A DNA stretch of 64,000 bases. Origin: an uncultured Bacteroidales bacterium. Its GTDB lineage: Bacteria; Bacteroidota; Bacteroidia; Bacteroidales; VadinHA17. The notes under the pieces are model-generated. The model was not told the origin of the DNA, did not search any database, and saw only the letters and a program-made list of their open reading frames with translations. Position numbers and translations under genes: made by a program. Position 1 is the stretch's first letter, and every line of letters begins with the position of its first letter. Below are positions 47,898 to 59,327 of this stretch, piece by piece. The DNA is taken from NCBI GenBank assembly GCA_963772705.1, contig CAVYYH010000005.1, forward strand, positions 290,428-354,427, written 5' to 3'.

Positions 47898-48930
47898 ATG
47901 TTACGGACAGCCAGAAACACAATTCTTGCATTGATTGCTGCAATAGCATCATCATCAGCACTCCTGGGCCAGGTACCCGTTCAGATATCTACCGAGAAGA
48001 TCGTTTCAGCCGGCAAGGTCTATTACATGCATGAGGTGCAGAAAGACCAGACTCTGTATTCTATTTCAAGGGCATATAAGGTATCCATTGAAGACATAAC
48101 GCTCGTGAATGAAATCCCCTCTTACGGTATCGTCCCGGGACAGGTGCTCAGGATTCCTGCCTCTGAGCCTAAGAAGTCGATAACCACCGATGAGCAGGCA
48201 AAAGAGATGGCTCGCAAGAGGGAACAATCTCAACCTCAACCGCAGCAGCAGACTCAGCCTCAGCCTCAGCCTCAACCGCAGACCCAGCCTCAGTCCAGTC
48301 CAGTCTCAGTCTCAGTCACAGCCTCAATATAAGGTGTCAACGCAGAAGATTGTCTCGAACGGTAAGGTATATTACCTGCATGAGGTAGAGAAAGGGCAGA
48401 CGCTTTATTCAATAGCAAGAACCTACAAGGTCACTGTTGATGATGTTACCCGTGAGAATGTAATTGCTTCATATGGGATAGCCCCGGGTCAGGTGCTTAA
48501 GATCCCCTCATCAGAGACCCCCTCATCAGAGCCGGTACAGGCTAAAAAACAAGCTGAGCCGCTGCCTCCGTCAGAGCCACAGGTTAAGGCAGAACCCCAG
48601 CCTGCGGCTCAGTCGCAGCCACAGTCGTCATCACCTTCCGGCGTCGCCATGCAGGATGATAAGGAGCAGGCTCCACCGGCCTCCGCAGCGCCAGCCAAAG
48701 AGGATCCTGAGCCTAAGCCTGAAGCCGCACCTGCCGTGAAGAAACCGGTACAGCCTGAGAAGAAGACACACAAGGTCCAGAAAGGCGAGTCTCTCTCAGA
48801 TATCGCCGACAAGTATGAAATCACTGTCAGTGAGCTAAAGCAGGCAAACAAGGGACTGATTTTTGCGACCCCGGGTATGCGCCTTGTGATTCCCGCCAAG
48901 GAAGTCAGCGAACGCGATCCGAAAGAGTAG
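47898..48930 (+). CDS. secreted protein with three LysM domains and Gln/Pro/Ser-rich linkers, interrupted by one apparent frameshift in the repeat linker
   Basis: LysM 1 is KVYYMHEVQKDQTLYSISRAYKVSIEDITLVN...GQVLRIP. LysM 2 is KVYYLHEVEKGQTLYSIARTYKVTVDDVTREN...GQVLKIP. LysM 3 is HKVQKGESLSDIADKYEITVSELKQAN...GMRLVIP. ORFs 47898..48332 and 48190..48930 join if one base is removed near 48295. Confidence 0.75.
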
Positions 48931-48950
48931 AGATTGAATCAGGGCGACCC

Positions 48951-49703
48951 TTACTGACCGGTCTTTAACGGCTTGAGGTTTTCAACCCGGAAAAGGTCAT
49001 CCGGAATTCCCTGGTCAAACCTGACATCTGTCAAAAGAATTTTTGTGCTGTGATCCTTCTCAAGATCCTTCATTGACACTTCTGATGCATACCAGTATTT
49101 CCCGATTCTTTCATACTTATAACTGGCTTCCTTGAATTTCTTCCCCTGCTGGTTAAAGTATTCCATAGTTATGGGATAACCGTAGGTTTTATTGATGGTG
49201 ACAATAACCCTGGAGTAGTTTGATTTTCCCGATTTGGGAACCATGCTGAGGATGTGTGCATCACCCTCCGAATTGATGAATTCGGGTGTATACCTCTCGG
49301 CATAGGGGGTTTGTGCCATGTCTTCGTAAGAAAAATCGGTATTGTTGAACGACTGGTCTTTCGAGAGTATCGATACCTTCTTCGGGTTGCCGAGTGCCGG
49401 CAGGTACACCCACATCACCGATCCCGGCAGTGTCAGTGTTGCCATTCCGGCCTGTGACTCAGGTTTTGTGTACCTGTATAATTTCCTTTCAGGACCTTTC
49501 TCGAACATTTCTGCTTCGCGTACTTTCTCCTTGCCTGTTTTATCGGTAAGGATGATGACTACTTTTCCCTGTCTGTCTTTCGGAGCGAACATGACCTCGT
49601 CCATCTTATTAAGTACGGCCATGGGATCCTGTGATGAGGCATCATTCAGGAGGGCAAAAAGAAGAACAGGAAGCAGTGTGATTGTGTTGATAAAGACTTT
49701 CAT
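48951..49703 (-). CDS. LolA-like outer membrane lipoprotein-sorting family protein
   Basis: 250 aa with a signal peptide. It starts 2 nt downstream of the MMPL transporter stop. This is the usual partner of MMPL-type RND exporters. The family call is from memory and context. Confidence 0.55.
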   Translation of the reverse strand: MKVFINTITLLPVLLFALLNDASSQDPMAVLNKMDEVMFAPKDRQGKVVIILTDKTGKEKVREAEMFEKGPERKLYRYTKPESQAGMATLTLPGSVMWVYLPALGNPKKVSILSKDQSFNNTDFSYEDMAQTPYAERYTPEFINSEGDAHILSMVPKSGKSNYSRVIVTINKTYGYPITMEYFNQQGKKFKEASYKYERIGKYWYASEVSMKDLEKDHSTKILLTDVRFDQGIPDDLFRVENLKPLKTGQ

Positions 49704-49705
49704 GA

Positions 49706-52013
49706 TTAAGAATTCTGTTGCGGATTAATTTTCTTATTTCTGTGTGCAAGGATCAGTATCACCGGAAGCAGGGTCATGGCACTCAGTCCCGACCCGAACA
49801 TACTGAGCGATATCAGCAGCCCGAAATGTTCAAGCGGCACCATTTCGGAAAACAGCAGTACCAGAAACCCGGCTGAAACCGAAATTACATTAATGACGAT
49901 GGCCTTTCCGCTGATCCCGATCGTATCTTCAAGTGCCCTGGTTACCGAAGCCCCTTCCTTCAGGGAGCTGTTAAAGTGTGTGATAACGTGGATGGAATAG
50001 TCTATGCCGATTCCCATCGCAATGCTCGCGACCAGTACTGTAGCGATATTAAGGGGGATAGCTGCGTAGCCCATTATGCCGAAGAGAATTATGATTGTCG
50101 AAATTACGGGGATGGCGGCAAAGAGACCTGAGATAAATGACCGCAGAACGACACTTACGATAACTATTACCACGATAATTGCAATTGCCAGGCTTGCCAG
50201 CTGGCTGTTGATCAGGCTCTGGTCCATCCTGGCTTCAATAAAGGGCATCCCTGTAATCTCTATGGAACACTCCTCAGTCGAATTTTCACTTATGAAGCTG
50301 TCCATATAATCCTCGAATTCCTTTTTGGCGTTCATGTCAGAAGATGTAAATCTCGATATTATGATCGCCTCGTCAAGATCATCCGACACAAGCTTCCGGA
50401 GGTTCTCGTTACCGTCAAGGAGGAACCATATCTGCTCAATCAGATCCCTGTCATCAGGTATTTTCCTTTCCTGCCCGAATGCTGCAGTGATATCGAGGAT
50501 CAGATCAGCGACCGACTGTGTGCCTACGACCCCGGGGTTCTTTGCCATATGCTCTTCGGTACGGACCATTGTCTTGAAGAAACTCAGGGCTCTGCACGTC
50601 TCCCCTGAAGAGTACAAAGACAGGTTTGGTTCCGCCGAATTTGCTGGTCATAATTTCCTCTGCCATCCTTGTGGGATCTCCCTTTCTGAAGTATTCTTTC
50701 ACGTCAACACTTCTTTTTATGAGAAAAATGCCGCCGGTAGTGACCACCGTAATAAGTATCCATGTAACAAGTATGGCCTTCGGGTGCTCATAAAGAAGGT
50801 TTTGCAGGGGATTCTGGAAGTAATCATAGAAGAATGTTTTACCAGCCTCCCATCTTTCATTTTCCTTGTCCCTGTTTTTCCATCGGGTGACTGATATAAG
50901 TGCAGGGACGAAGAAGAGGGAGAGAAGCAGTGCAATGAAGGTTCCCAGGGCTGTAAATATCCCGAAATCGCGTATCATTGTCAGGTAAGAGCCGAAAATA
51001 AAGGAAAAGAAACCGGTCATGGTGGTCAGTGCGGCCAGTATGACCGGAACAAAGACGTAGCTCATGGCTGTAATGATTGCCTGGTTCATATCCCCCTTTT
51101 CCTGGTCAATCCTGTTGAGAACATGGATAGTGTAGGCAGTGGCGACAGCGAGCAGGACAATGGGGATATTGTTTGAAACCATGCTCATATCCGATCCGGT
51201 CAATGACATGATGCCGATGACCCATATTATTGACAGGATAGCCGTGAGCAGTGGTACGACCACTCCCCTCAGGGAACGGAATCCCAGGAAGAGAACAATG
51301 GTAATCAGCAGGAATGCGATCGGGAGCAGCCTGGTAAGGTCGGATGCTATCAGCCGGGAAATCGATGAAACCATCATTGGCGATCCGGCATAATAGATCT
51401 TTTCGGGAATGTTCAGTGATTCCACCTTGGCCTTGACTGTACTGGCAAGGGAGTGAATATTGGTATCATCAAACAGGGAGAAGACAATTATTGTTGATGT
51501 GGCATCCTCTGAAACAATGGTTCCCCTCACGTTCTTATTGGAAAAGACTCTCTCCCTCAGCAGGGCAAGTTCCTCCGGCGTGTCAGGCAGATCATATTCA
51601 TCGACAAGAGGACCAACCTCCATTCCGTTCTCACTCTCGTTGATATACATGATGTTGGTGAGGCTGGTCACCGATGAGATGCCTTCGATATCTTTAAGAG
51701 AGTCTGTGACCTGCCTTACGTGCTCAATCAACTCAGGAGTGAAGACATTCTCAGTCTCCAGGATGACCATGCCTGTGTTGTTGGCGCCGTAGGTGCTGCC
51801 TATTTTCCTGAAGAGGACGGCGTGCGGGTCATCATCAGGCAGTGAACTCACCACATCAGAGTTGATCCTGATGCCCGGGATCTGAAGAGCAAGAAAAACA
51901 GTAACAGCCGAAACCAGAAGGATGATCATCCATCTGACCCTCAATATAATTCCGAACATCTTCTCCATATGTACTTTATGCAGGCTTCTGTTAAAAAAGG
52001 CCCGAAAATACAT
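49706..52013 (-). CDS. MMPL/RND-superfamily exporter, interrupted by one apparent frameshift
   Basis: Track ORFs 50505..52013 and 49706..50617 are collinear, each with about 6 TM helices after a large loop. Removing one base near 50576-50582 reads ...FVLFRGDVQSPEF-KTMVRTEEHMAKNPGVVG... The true start is probably MEKMFGII at 51968. Confidence 0.75.
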
Positions 52014-52058
52014 CTTTTTGATCAGGAATCAAAGAGAGGAGTGAATTGATGCAACGAT

Positions 52059-52454
52059 TTATGCCAGGCGGCGTCTGCGGAGACCTACCAACTCTTCAAA
52101 TGCACTGATGAACCGGTAAAAAAAAGAGAAGTAGTCCTCTTTTCCAAGGTATTCACTGGTCTCGGCAGGAGAGACGGGAATATCTTCAAGGTTAATGTCA
52201 TCAGCCGGTTTAATGATGACGTGGTTTGCAAAATCTATCCGTTCACCGTCGATACGGTTATAGAAATGCCAGCCATTGTCTTTACGGGTTTTCAATATCT
52301 CGCAGCCAAAGATGTCGTGGATGAGCAATGAAATCTCAGTATCCTGAAACTCCGGAAAGGGACCATATTTTGATCCGTTGATTTTTTCTTTTGTACAGGT
52401 ACGTTTCAGTGCCTCGTGTACAAGAATCCTGTAAAACAGAACCGTTGTATTCAT
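52059..52454 (-). CDS. hypothetical protein (possibly YunG-like)
   Basis: 131-aa ORF. The segment GWHFYNRIDGERIDF is weakly reminiscent of the YunG family. No stronger support. Confidence 0.35.
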   Translation of the reverse strand: MNTTVLFYRILVHEALKRTCTKEKINGSKYGPFPEFQDTEISLLIHDIFGCEILKTRKDNGWHFYNRIDGERIDFANHVIIKPADDINLEDIPVSPAETSEYLGKEDYFSFFYRFISAFEELVGLRRRRLA

Positions 52455-52723
52455 TGGTGATAGGTTTAATTACGGCATGAATTGCCATATACTAAGGTCA
52501 TCCTTTTGGTTCGTTCGGGCGTTACACAATTCCATCAATTATTTATATAATTCACACATTTACCTGTTGCAGCCGGGTGATTGATCTGTTTTTTTTAAGC
52601 GTAAAAAGAAGGTAGCTGTCGGTCAGGTCGTTCTTCGGGCAAGAAATGCTATATTTATTTATTTGAAAAGTGTCCCTTTTTCTGTGATTTTGCGCACTTT
52701 TGTTTTACGGATATGACAGACAG

Positions 52724-53572
52724 ATGACAGGTCTAAGCCAAAAAAGAATAGCAGCGATATCGATGGTCCGCTACGATGAGTTTTTCATTCCGAAGTGGAT
52801 AAATTACTATGGAGCGCAGATTGGCCATGAGAACCTGTTTCTTTTGCTTGATGGTCATGATCAGCCGCTGCCGCAGGATCTCAGTAAGATCAATGTCATC
52901 AGGTTACCCCACCAGGAGCTGGGCAGAGCAGAGGGCGACCGTAACAGGGCACGGCTGGTCTCTTACTTTGCCAGGGCTCTGTTCCTCCGGTATGATCTCA
53001 TCATTGCAAATGACATAGACGAGTTTCTTGTCGTCGATCCTGCCAGGCATGAGACTCTTGCGGAATATCTCCAGCGGCCAATCAGGACAGCATCTCTCTC
53101 AGCCCTGGGGCTCGATGTGGGGCAGCATACCGGGCTTGAATCGCCTGTTGACCCCGGCCGGCCGTTTTTGGAGCAGAGGAGTTATGCACACGTCTCAGCC
53201 AGATATACCAAGCCTGTCGTTGCTGCCGCACCGCTTACTTGGGGTTCGGGATTTCACCGCGTGAAGGGGAGGAACTTTCACATCGACCCGAATCTCTATC
53301 TTTTTCATTTCGGGATGGTGGATTATGATCAGTCGAGAGGAAAACTTGATAACCAGTCGCTTCACAATGCAGGGTGGACCGGGCATCTCGACAGACGCTA
53401 CCAGCTTTTTGAGCTGATCGCTAAGAACGAGGCTGTTGACGGCGATGATTTCTTTAAGAAAGCACGAAGGAGACAGACACTGATACGTCCGCTGTTTGCA
53501 CTGAATAAGCCCGGGATGCTTGCTGAAAAGCCAATTATAAAAATACCGGAACGGTTCAGATCTGTCATCTGA
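52724..53572 (+). CDS. putative glycosyltransferase (GT2-like fold)
   Basis: 282 aa from ATG 52724. The N-terminus IAAISMVRYDEFFIPKWINYYGAQIGHENLFLLLDGHDQ and the acidic motif NDIDEF resemble GT-A enzymes. Weak call. Confidence 0.4.
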   Translation: MTGLSQKRIAAISMVRYDEFFIPKWINYYGAQIGHENLFLLLDGHDQPLPQDLSKINVIRLPHQELGRAEGDRNRARLVSYFARALFLRYDLIIANDIDEFLVVDPARHETLAEYLQRPIRTASLSALGLDVGQHTGLESPVDPGRPFLEQRSYAHVSARYTKPVVAAAPLTWGSGFHRVKGRNFHIDPNLYLFHFGMVDYDQSRGKLDNQSLHNAGWTGHLDRRYQLFELIAKNEAVDGDDFFKKARRRQTLIRPLFALNKPGMLAEKPIIKIPERFRSVI

Positions 53573-53593
53573 TTTATTTAAAGCTGAAGCATC

Positions 53594-54382
53594 ATGAATC
53601 TCAAGTACAGGATCAAGAAGGCATACACGGAGCTGTTGTTCCGGATGAGTTCCGGCGAGAACCCTCTCTTTATTGCATATTACAAATATATCTATAAGCC
53701 TCCCAGAGGGTCACTGGCAGAATTCCTTGACGACTACTCGGCAAAGCACGCCCCGGTCACCTTCCTTCAGGTGGGAGCCAATGACGGGTTTGTGCATGAC
53801 CCGCTTCACAAGTTCATCAAGAGGGATCACTGGAGGGGAGTCATGCTCGAGCCACAGCCTGATGTCTTCAATGAATACCTGGCCAGGCTTCACAGGAAAA
53901 GGGGTGAGATCACCCCCCTGAATGCTGCCCTTGACACCAGCGACGGCACAAAGACACTGTATAAGATCGGGATCAGCAATGAGCGATGGGCTACAGGCCT
54001 TTCAAGCTTTAACAGGGAGGTTCTTGTGAACAGCATAAAGAGAGGGGTTGTACAGCACAAGGCCAGGAAGAGGGGGATAAAACTGCCTGAGAACATGGAA
54101 GAGATGATCATCGGCCAGGAGATTGCCACCATCAGTCCCGAAACCCTCCTCGGCAGATTCGGGAACGAAAGGATCAACCTGCTGGCGGTAGACACGGAGG
54201 GGTTTGATTATGAGATAATCAAGATGCTTGATCTTGACCGTATCTCACCTGAGGTGGTGATCTATGAGGTCGCAAATTTTGATCAGAAGACGGCTGATGA
54301 ATGCCGTTCATACCTCGAAAAACGAGGTTATTCATGCCGCACTATTGGTAAAGATGTGCTTGCGACCAGGAATCCAGCCTGA
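53594..54382 (+). CDS. FkbM family methyltransferase
   Basis: 262 aa. The blocks FLQVGANDGFVHDPL and LLAVDTEGFDYEIIK are typical of FkbM-type SAM methyltransferases. Confidence 0.65.
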   Translation: MNLKYRIKKAYTELLFRMSSGENPLFIAYYKYIYKPPRGSLAEFLDDYSAKHAPVTFLQVGANDGFVHDPLHKFIKRDHWRGVMLEPQPDVFNEYLARLHRKRGEITPLNAALDTSDGTKTLYKIGISNERWATGLSSFNREVLVNSIKRGVVQHKARKRGIKLPENMEEMIIGQEIATISPETLLGRFGNERINLLAVDTEGFDYEIIKMLDLDRISPEVVIYEVANFDQKTADECRSYLEKRGYSCRTIGKDVLATRNPA

Positions 54383-54577
54383 TAACACTGAACTCAATTC
54401 TCTTTTCCCCAGGTCAGAACAATGACCAGTCCAAGTATGGCCATTACTGCCGAGGAAACGAGGATGTCTGTCACCATAGCTCCGGCATTGAGGTACATTG
54501 TGCTCATTGACCAGTATGAAAATGCTATGGCTGATCCGTAAAGCAGACCGAACAGGGCTCCATAACTGCAAAAGGCA

Positions 54578-54967
54578 TCAGGCTGACCTGATTATTTTCC
54601 AGCCCAGGAAAGTATTGATCAGCCCGATAACCAGGAATATAGGCTGAAGGGGGCTTATCAGGGAAATCCATGCTACCTGTATGATTATCCAGATACTGAG
54701 CACTAGCCCCAGAATTAATCCTGTGTAACCGGCATATTTGTTCCGTGTAAATGACAGAAAGGCACCTGCCCCATTTGCAATGCCATTGACAAGGAGCAGA
54801 AACAATCCCGGCAGGAGGAATGAATCAAGCGGTGAATTTGCAAGTAATTCGGGAGACGCACCCATTCCTGCACCGGAGGTGTCCATAAGGTATCCTATTC
54901 CTGCAGGGATAGCTCCAATGGCTGTGACAGCCTGAAGGGAACCGAGGGTAAAATAAAATTTCTTCAT
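54578..54967 (-). CDS. small integral membrane protein (4 TM), paralog A
   Basis: 129 aa. It is about 85 percent identical at the DNA level (by eye) to 62591..62995. Confidence 0.6.
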   Translation of the reverse strand: MKKFYFTLGSLQAVTAIGAIPAGIGYLMDTSGAGMGASPELLANSPLDSFLLPGLFLLLVNGIANGAGAFLSFTRNKYAGYTGLILGLVLSIWIIIQVAWISLISPLQPIFLVIGLINTFLGWKIIRSA

Positions 54968-55035
54968 GGGTTGAATTTATTATCATTGATTACTGCTGTA
55001 TGGTTGACTGAAGGTTGCATGTCAGCACCATGTAT

Positions 55036-56214
55036 TTACTGGTACTTATTCAGTTCCACGATAGTCATGTTCAGATCTCTTTCCAGTGCCAGCACTTTAT
55101 TAAACGTTTCGTAATAGATTGAAAGTTCATAAATATATTCTGTCAGAGATAGTTCTCCTTTCTCAAATGCTTTCTGAAGCAACGCCGAGCTGCTGAACAT
55201 CTCCACCATCGACCGATATTCATTCAGACTGCGTTGAAGGCTTATCGCCTTGTTATGCAATGCTTTTAAATTGTTGTAGAATTGAAGTCTGGTATCAGAT
55301 TCAGCGCTCTGCACGGCTATGGTCTTAGCCTTTGCATACTTCACGGCATTTTTATTCTCGAGCAACGGAACCGAAAGTCCGACTGTAATTCCCTGGAACT
55401 GTTGTCCCGGAATATCTTCGCTCATGTAGCCCGCCTGAAACTTCGGTAACGACAGGGCTGAATTCAGTTTTTCCTGTTTCTGTCTTATTGCAACTTCCTG
55501 CTTCAGCCATTGCAAGAGAGGATTGTTTAGTTCTGCCTGGATGTACCATTGCTCAAAGTCACCGTCAAGGGTTTGAGGCTGATAAACGCTGTCTGTAAAT
55601 TCAATAAAAACACCGCCATTCAGGCTCTTCAACTCAGACAGCAACGCTTCGCGTTCTATTTCTGAGGACTCTGCATCTTTTGTAATATTCAGCAAGTTTA
55701 CCCGGGCCTTATTATACTCAAGGATACTGGCTTCACCGATATCGTACTTCGATTTATATGAGTCAGCAACAGATCGTGCATTTGCAATCCTTTTGTTCAT
55801 TTCTGATATTAATGCATTGTGAAAAATCAGGTCATTGCAGATAAGGCGTGTGTGAAACAATATCGCTTTTCTTTGCCTCTGGTATTCAAGCTCAACCTGC
55901 TCGTTCTGGTATTCCGAAATTTGATTCCGGTAAGAGTAGGCTGACGGAAAATCAAATGACTGCAGAACACTGATATCTGTTCGGGTTCCAATATCAGCCG
56001 GGCTTCCCCACAGATAATTAAAAGCAAACTCAGGATTTTCAAGGTATAATCCTGTCTTGTTACCTATCAGTTCTGCATCAGCATTCTTCCTGAGGGCAGA
56101 AAGTGTAGTGTTATTCTTTTCTACTTCGGCTATAATATTGTCAATGGTGCTCTGCGACAATAATTTCGATCCATGCAGGATAAATATGCTCAGAAGTATA
56201 ACTGTCGGTTTCAT
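55036..56214 (-). CDS. TolC-family outer membrane efflux protein
   Basis: 392 aa with a signal peptide and two repeats of coiled-coil-rich OEP sequence. It overlaps the stop of the RND pump gene by 4 nt. Confidence 0.8.
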   Translation of the reverse strand: MKPTVILLSIFILHGSKLLSQSTIDNIIAEVEKNNTTLSALRKNADAELIGNKTGLYLENPEFAFNYLWGSPADIGTRTDISVLQSFDFPSAYSYRNQISEYQNEQVELEYQRQRKAILFHTRLICNDLIFHNALISEMNKRIANARSVADSYKSKYDIGEASILEYNKARVNLLNITKDAESSEIEREALLSELKSLNGGVFIEFTDSVYQPQTLDGDFEQWYIQAELNNPLLQWLKQEVAIRQKQEKLNSALSLPKFQAGYMSEDIPGQQFQGITVGLSVPLLENKNAVKYAKAKTIAVQSAESDTRLQFYNNLKALHNKAISLQRSLNEYRSMVEMFSSSALLQKAFEKGELSLTEYIYELSIYYETFNKVLALERDLNMTIVELNKYQ

Positions 56215-59200
56215 AAATTGTCATTTTTTAATATTCCACGTTTACTGAGAGAGCTGTAAACGATTGGAACGATGTATATATTCAACAGGGTGGAAGTTAT
56301 CAGTCCGCCCAGGATTACCTTTGCCATTGGACTTTGAATCTCATTTCCTGCAAGATCTCCTCTGAGAGCCAGTGGAATGAGCGCGAGGGCAGCCGTCAGG
56401 GCAGTCATTAAAATTGGATTGAGTCTGTCTGCCGAACCTCTGGTAATTGTATCCATCAGCGTTACTCCGTTCTCCTGCAGGTGCTGATAGTGCGAAACAA
56501 GTAAAATGCCGTTTCGGGTGGCTATCCCGAAAAGCGTTATGAATCCGATGATAGCGGGGATGCTCAGAATACCGGAAGTGAAATATATGGCAAACACGCC
56601 TCCGATCAGAGCTAACGGAAGGTTAAGAAGTATAATGCCCGCCAGTTTGAAGTTTTTAAACTCCTGGAACAACAGCAAAAATATGATCAATAATGCAATC
56701 AGTGAAGTAAGCATCAGGGTTTGCGATGCTTTGGCCTCGCTCTCAAACTGACCGCCATACTCAATCCTGTACCCTTCAGGCAAAGAAATTGTTTCGTTAA
56801 TGTTTTTCTGAATCTCCTGCACAGCGCTCCGCAAATCACGACCGGCAACATTTGCAGAGATTACAACTTTTCGCTGAACATTTTCACGGCTGATTGAGCT
56901 GGGTCCGGAGACTGATACAATATCTGCCACCTGTTCAAGCGGAACTTTTTTCCCGTCGTGGGTATCGATGAGCGCCGAGCGTAATCCTTCAATAGTTTCC
57001 GTGTGGTCTCTGTCGAGTTTCAGTACGAGGTCGAAACTGCGTTGCCCTTCATAAATTTCGGATAATTTTTCTCCGCCAAATGCAACATCGATAAAATCGT
57101 TGAATTCCTCTATTGTAATGCCGTACTGAGCCATCATATCCCTGTTTGCCCTTATCTGAATCTGCGGGATCTCGATCTGCTGGTCAACATTAACATCTAC
57201 CAGACCTTCAATATCAACTATTGAACTTTTAATCTGATTCCCGACAGCGAACATTTTTCCCAGGTCTGTTCCAAATAGTTTTATGGCAATATTCGCTCTT
57301 GTTCCCGAGAGCATGTGGTCTATGCGATGTCCGAGCGGCTGGCCCACGGTAAATGCAATCCCGGGGATACGCGACAAGGTATTGCGTACATCTGCCAGGA
57401 ATTCCTCCCGGCTGCGGTCAGAAAGACTGAAGTTAACATCTATTTCGGCGCTGTTGGTAGTCTGGGAATGTTCATCCAGTTCCCCGCGACCTGTCCTTCG
57501 TGCCGTGCTTGATATTTCCTTAATGGATAATAACTCCGATTCCACAATATTTCCCAGCCTGTTGCTTTCTTCAAGTGATGTCCCCGGTTTTGTTATAACG
57601 GAAAGTGTCAGGGATCCCTCGTTAAACTCAGGCAGGAAACTGCGTCCCATAGTAAACATTGCAATTACTGAGACAAAAAACAGTCCCATTGTTGAGAACA
57701 CAATTGTTTTTTTGTGTTTCAGCGACCAGACGAGCGATTTTTCATAATTATGCGCAAGATTGCGGACCAGCCATTTCTCCTTCTCGTTCTTCGCCAGGTA
57801 TTTTTCATTTGACAACAGCATCTTTGAAAGCAACGGGGTGAGGGTCATTGCAACTATGAGTGAAACAAACAGTGATACGATGAATGATATTCCCAGTGGC
57901 TTCAGCATTCTTCCTTCCATTCCGGAAAGAAAAAACAGTGGGATAAAAGCAACTATGATGATCATTGTTGCATTAAGTATAGAAGCCCGTATTTCCTTCG
58001 ATGCCTCGAACACTACCGTAAATGATGTCTGACGCTGCTCTGCCGGTTTCTGTCTGTTCTGCCGCAGGCGCTTGTATACATTCTCTACGTCAATGATTGC
58101 ATCGTCAACCAGGGCCCCGATGGCAATGGCCATTCCGCCCAGGCTCATGGTATTGATGTTTAATCCGAGTATTTTCAGGACGATAATGGCGCCAAGCAGC
58201 GACAAGGGTATGGCGAGAAGTGAAATGACAGTGGTTCTGAAGCTGCCCAGAAAGATGAACAGTATTATAACTACAAAAATACCCCCTTCCAGTAATGCCT
58301 TTTGCACATTGTTGACTGAGGTTTCAATGAAGTCTGCCTGGCGGAATATTTTTGTGTCCAGCCTTACATCCGGAGGCAATGTCTTCTGCAAAGTATTCAG
58401 GTTAGCCTCAATTCTCCGGGTTACATCAAGTGTGTTTGTATTTGGTTGCTTGGAGACGGAAATTATTACAGCCGGACTGGCATTTTCTGATGCATAGCCC
58501 ATCTTGACAGCCGCTCCCGATCTTCACCTCGGCAACATCATTTATTCTGACAGGTTTACCGTTGACTGACTTGACGTAAGTATTTCCCAGCAGCTCCAGG
58601 TCTGAAGTTCTTGCAATGCCTCTGACAACATACTCATTCCCATATTGCCTCACTACTCCGCCTGTCGAGTTTTTGCTCATCCCTTTACATACATCCGCAA
58701 GCTCAGCCAATGAAACATTATAATAGTTCATTTTATACGGATTGGCCAGTACCTGATATTGCTTATAGTCGCCTCCGATGATTGTTACCTGCGAGACACC
58801 GCCTGTTGCCAGCAGCAGTGGTTTGATATTCCATTCTGCAATGGTTCTGAGATCCATCAGACTTGTACTGTCAGCCTGTATCCCGATAAAAAAGATTTCA
58901 CCCATCACGCTTGACTGAGGCGCCAGTACAGGCTGTCCGACACCCAGTGGCATCTGAGATGACACTGTTATCAGTTTTTCGCTTACTATCTGCCGGGCTT
59001 TGAAAATATCCGTGCCCCAGTCAAATTCTACCCAGACAAATGAAAAACCCTGGGCTGAGGAAGAGCGTACCCTGCGAACCCCTGTTGCCCCGTTCACCGA
59101 AGTCTCGATGGGAAAGGTAACCATTCGTTCGACCTCCTCCGAAGCCATGCCGTGGGCATCTGTCATCACCACCACGGTTGGCGCAGTGAGGTCAGGAAAT

Positions 59201-59313
59201 ACATCCACGTCCATATTTACTGCAGTGGTCACGCCGAAAACCACTAACACCACAGAACACAGTATTATAAAATACTTGTTGTTCAGGGAAAACTTAATAA
59301 TATTATTAATCAT
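56211..59313 (-). CDS. czcA: CusA/CzcA-family heavy-metal efflux RND permease, interrupted by one apparent frameshift
   Basis: Track ORFs 58426..59331 and 56211..58502 are collinear. Removing one base of CC 58512-58513 (plus strand) reads ...DVAEVKIGSAVKMGYASENASPAVIISVSKQP... N-terminus MINNIIKFSLNNKY from ATG 59313. Metal specificity is not determinable here. Confidence 0.85.
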
Positions 59314-59327
59314 GATTTTCCGGATTA

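Noticed and set aside
54332-54571. 79-aa minus-strand track ORF as a gene
   Set aside because: The translation is not protein-like. A different minus frame over the same bases gives clean hydrophobic membrane-protein text without a start codon, which I interpret as a remnant in the island finding.
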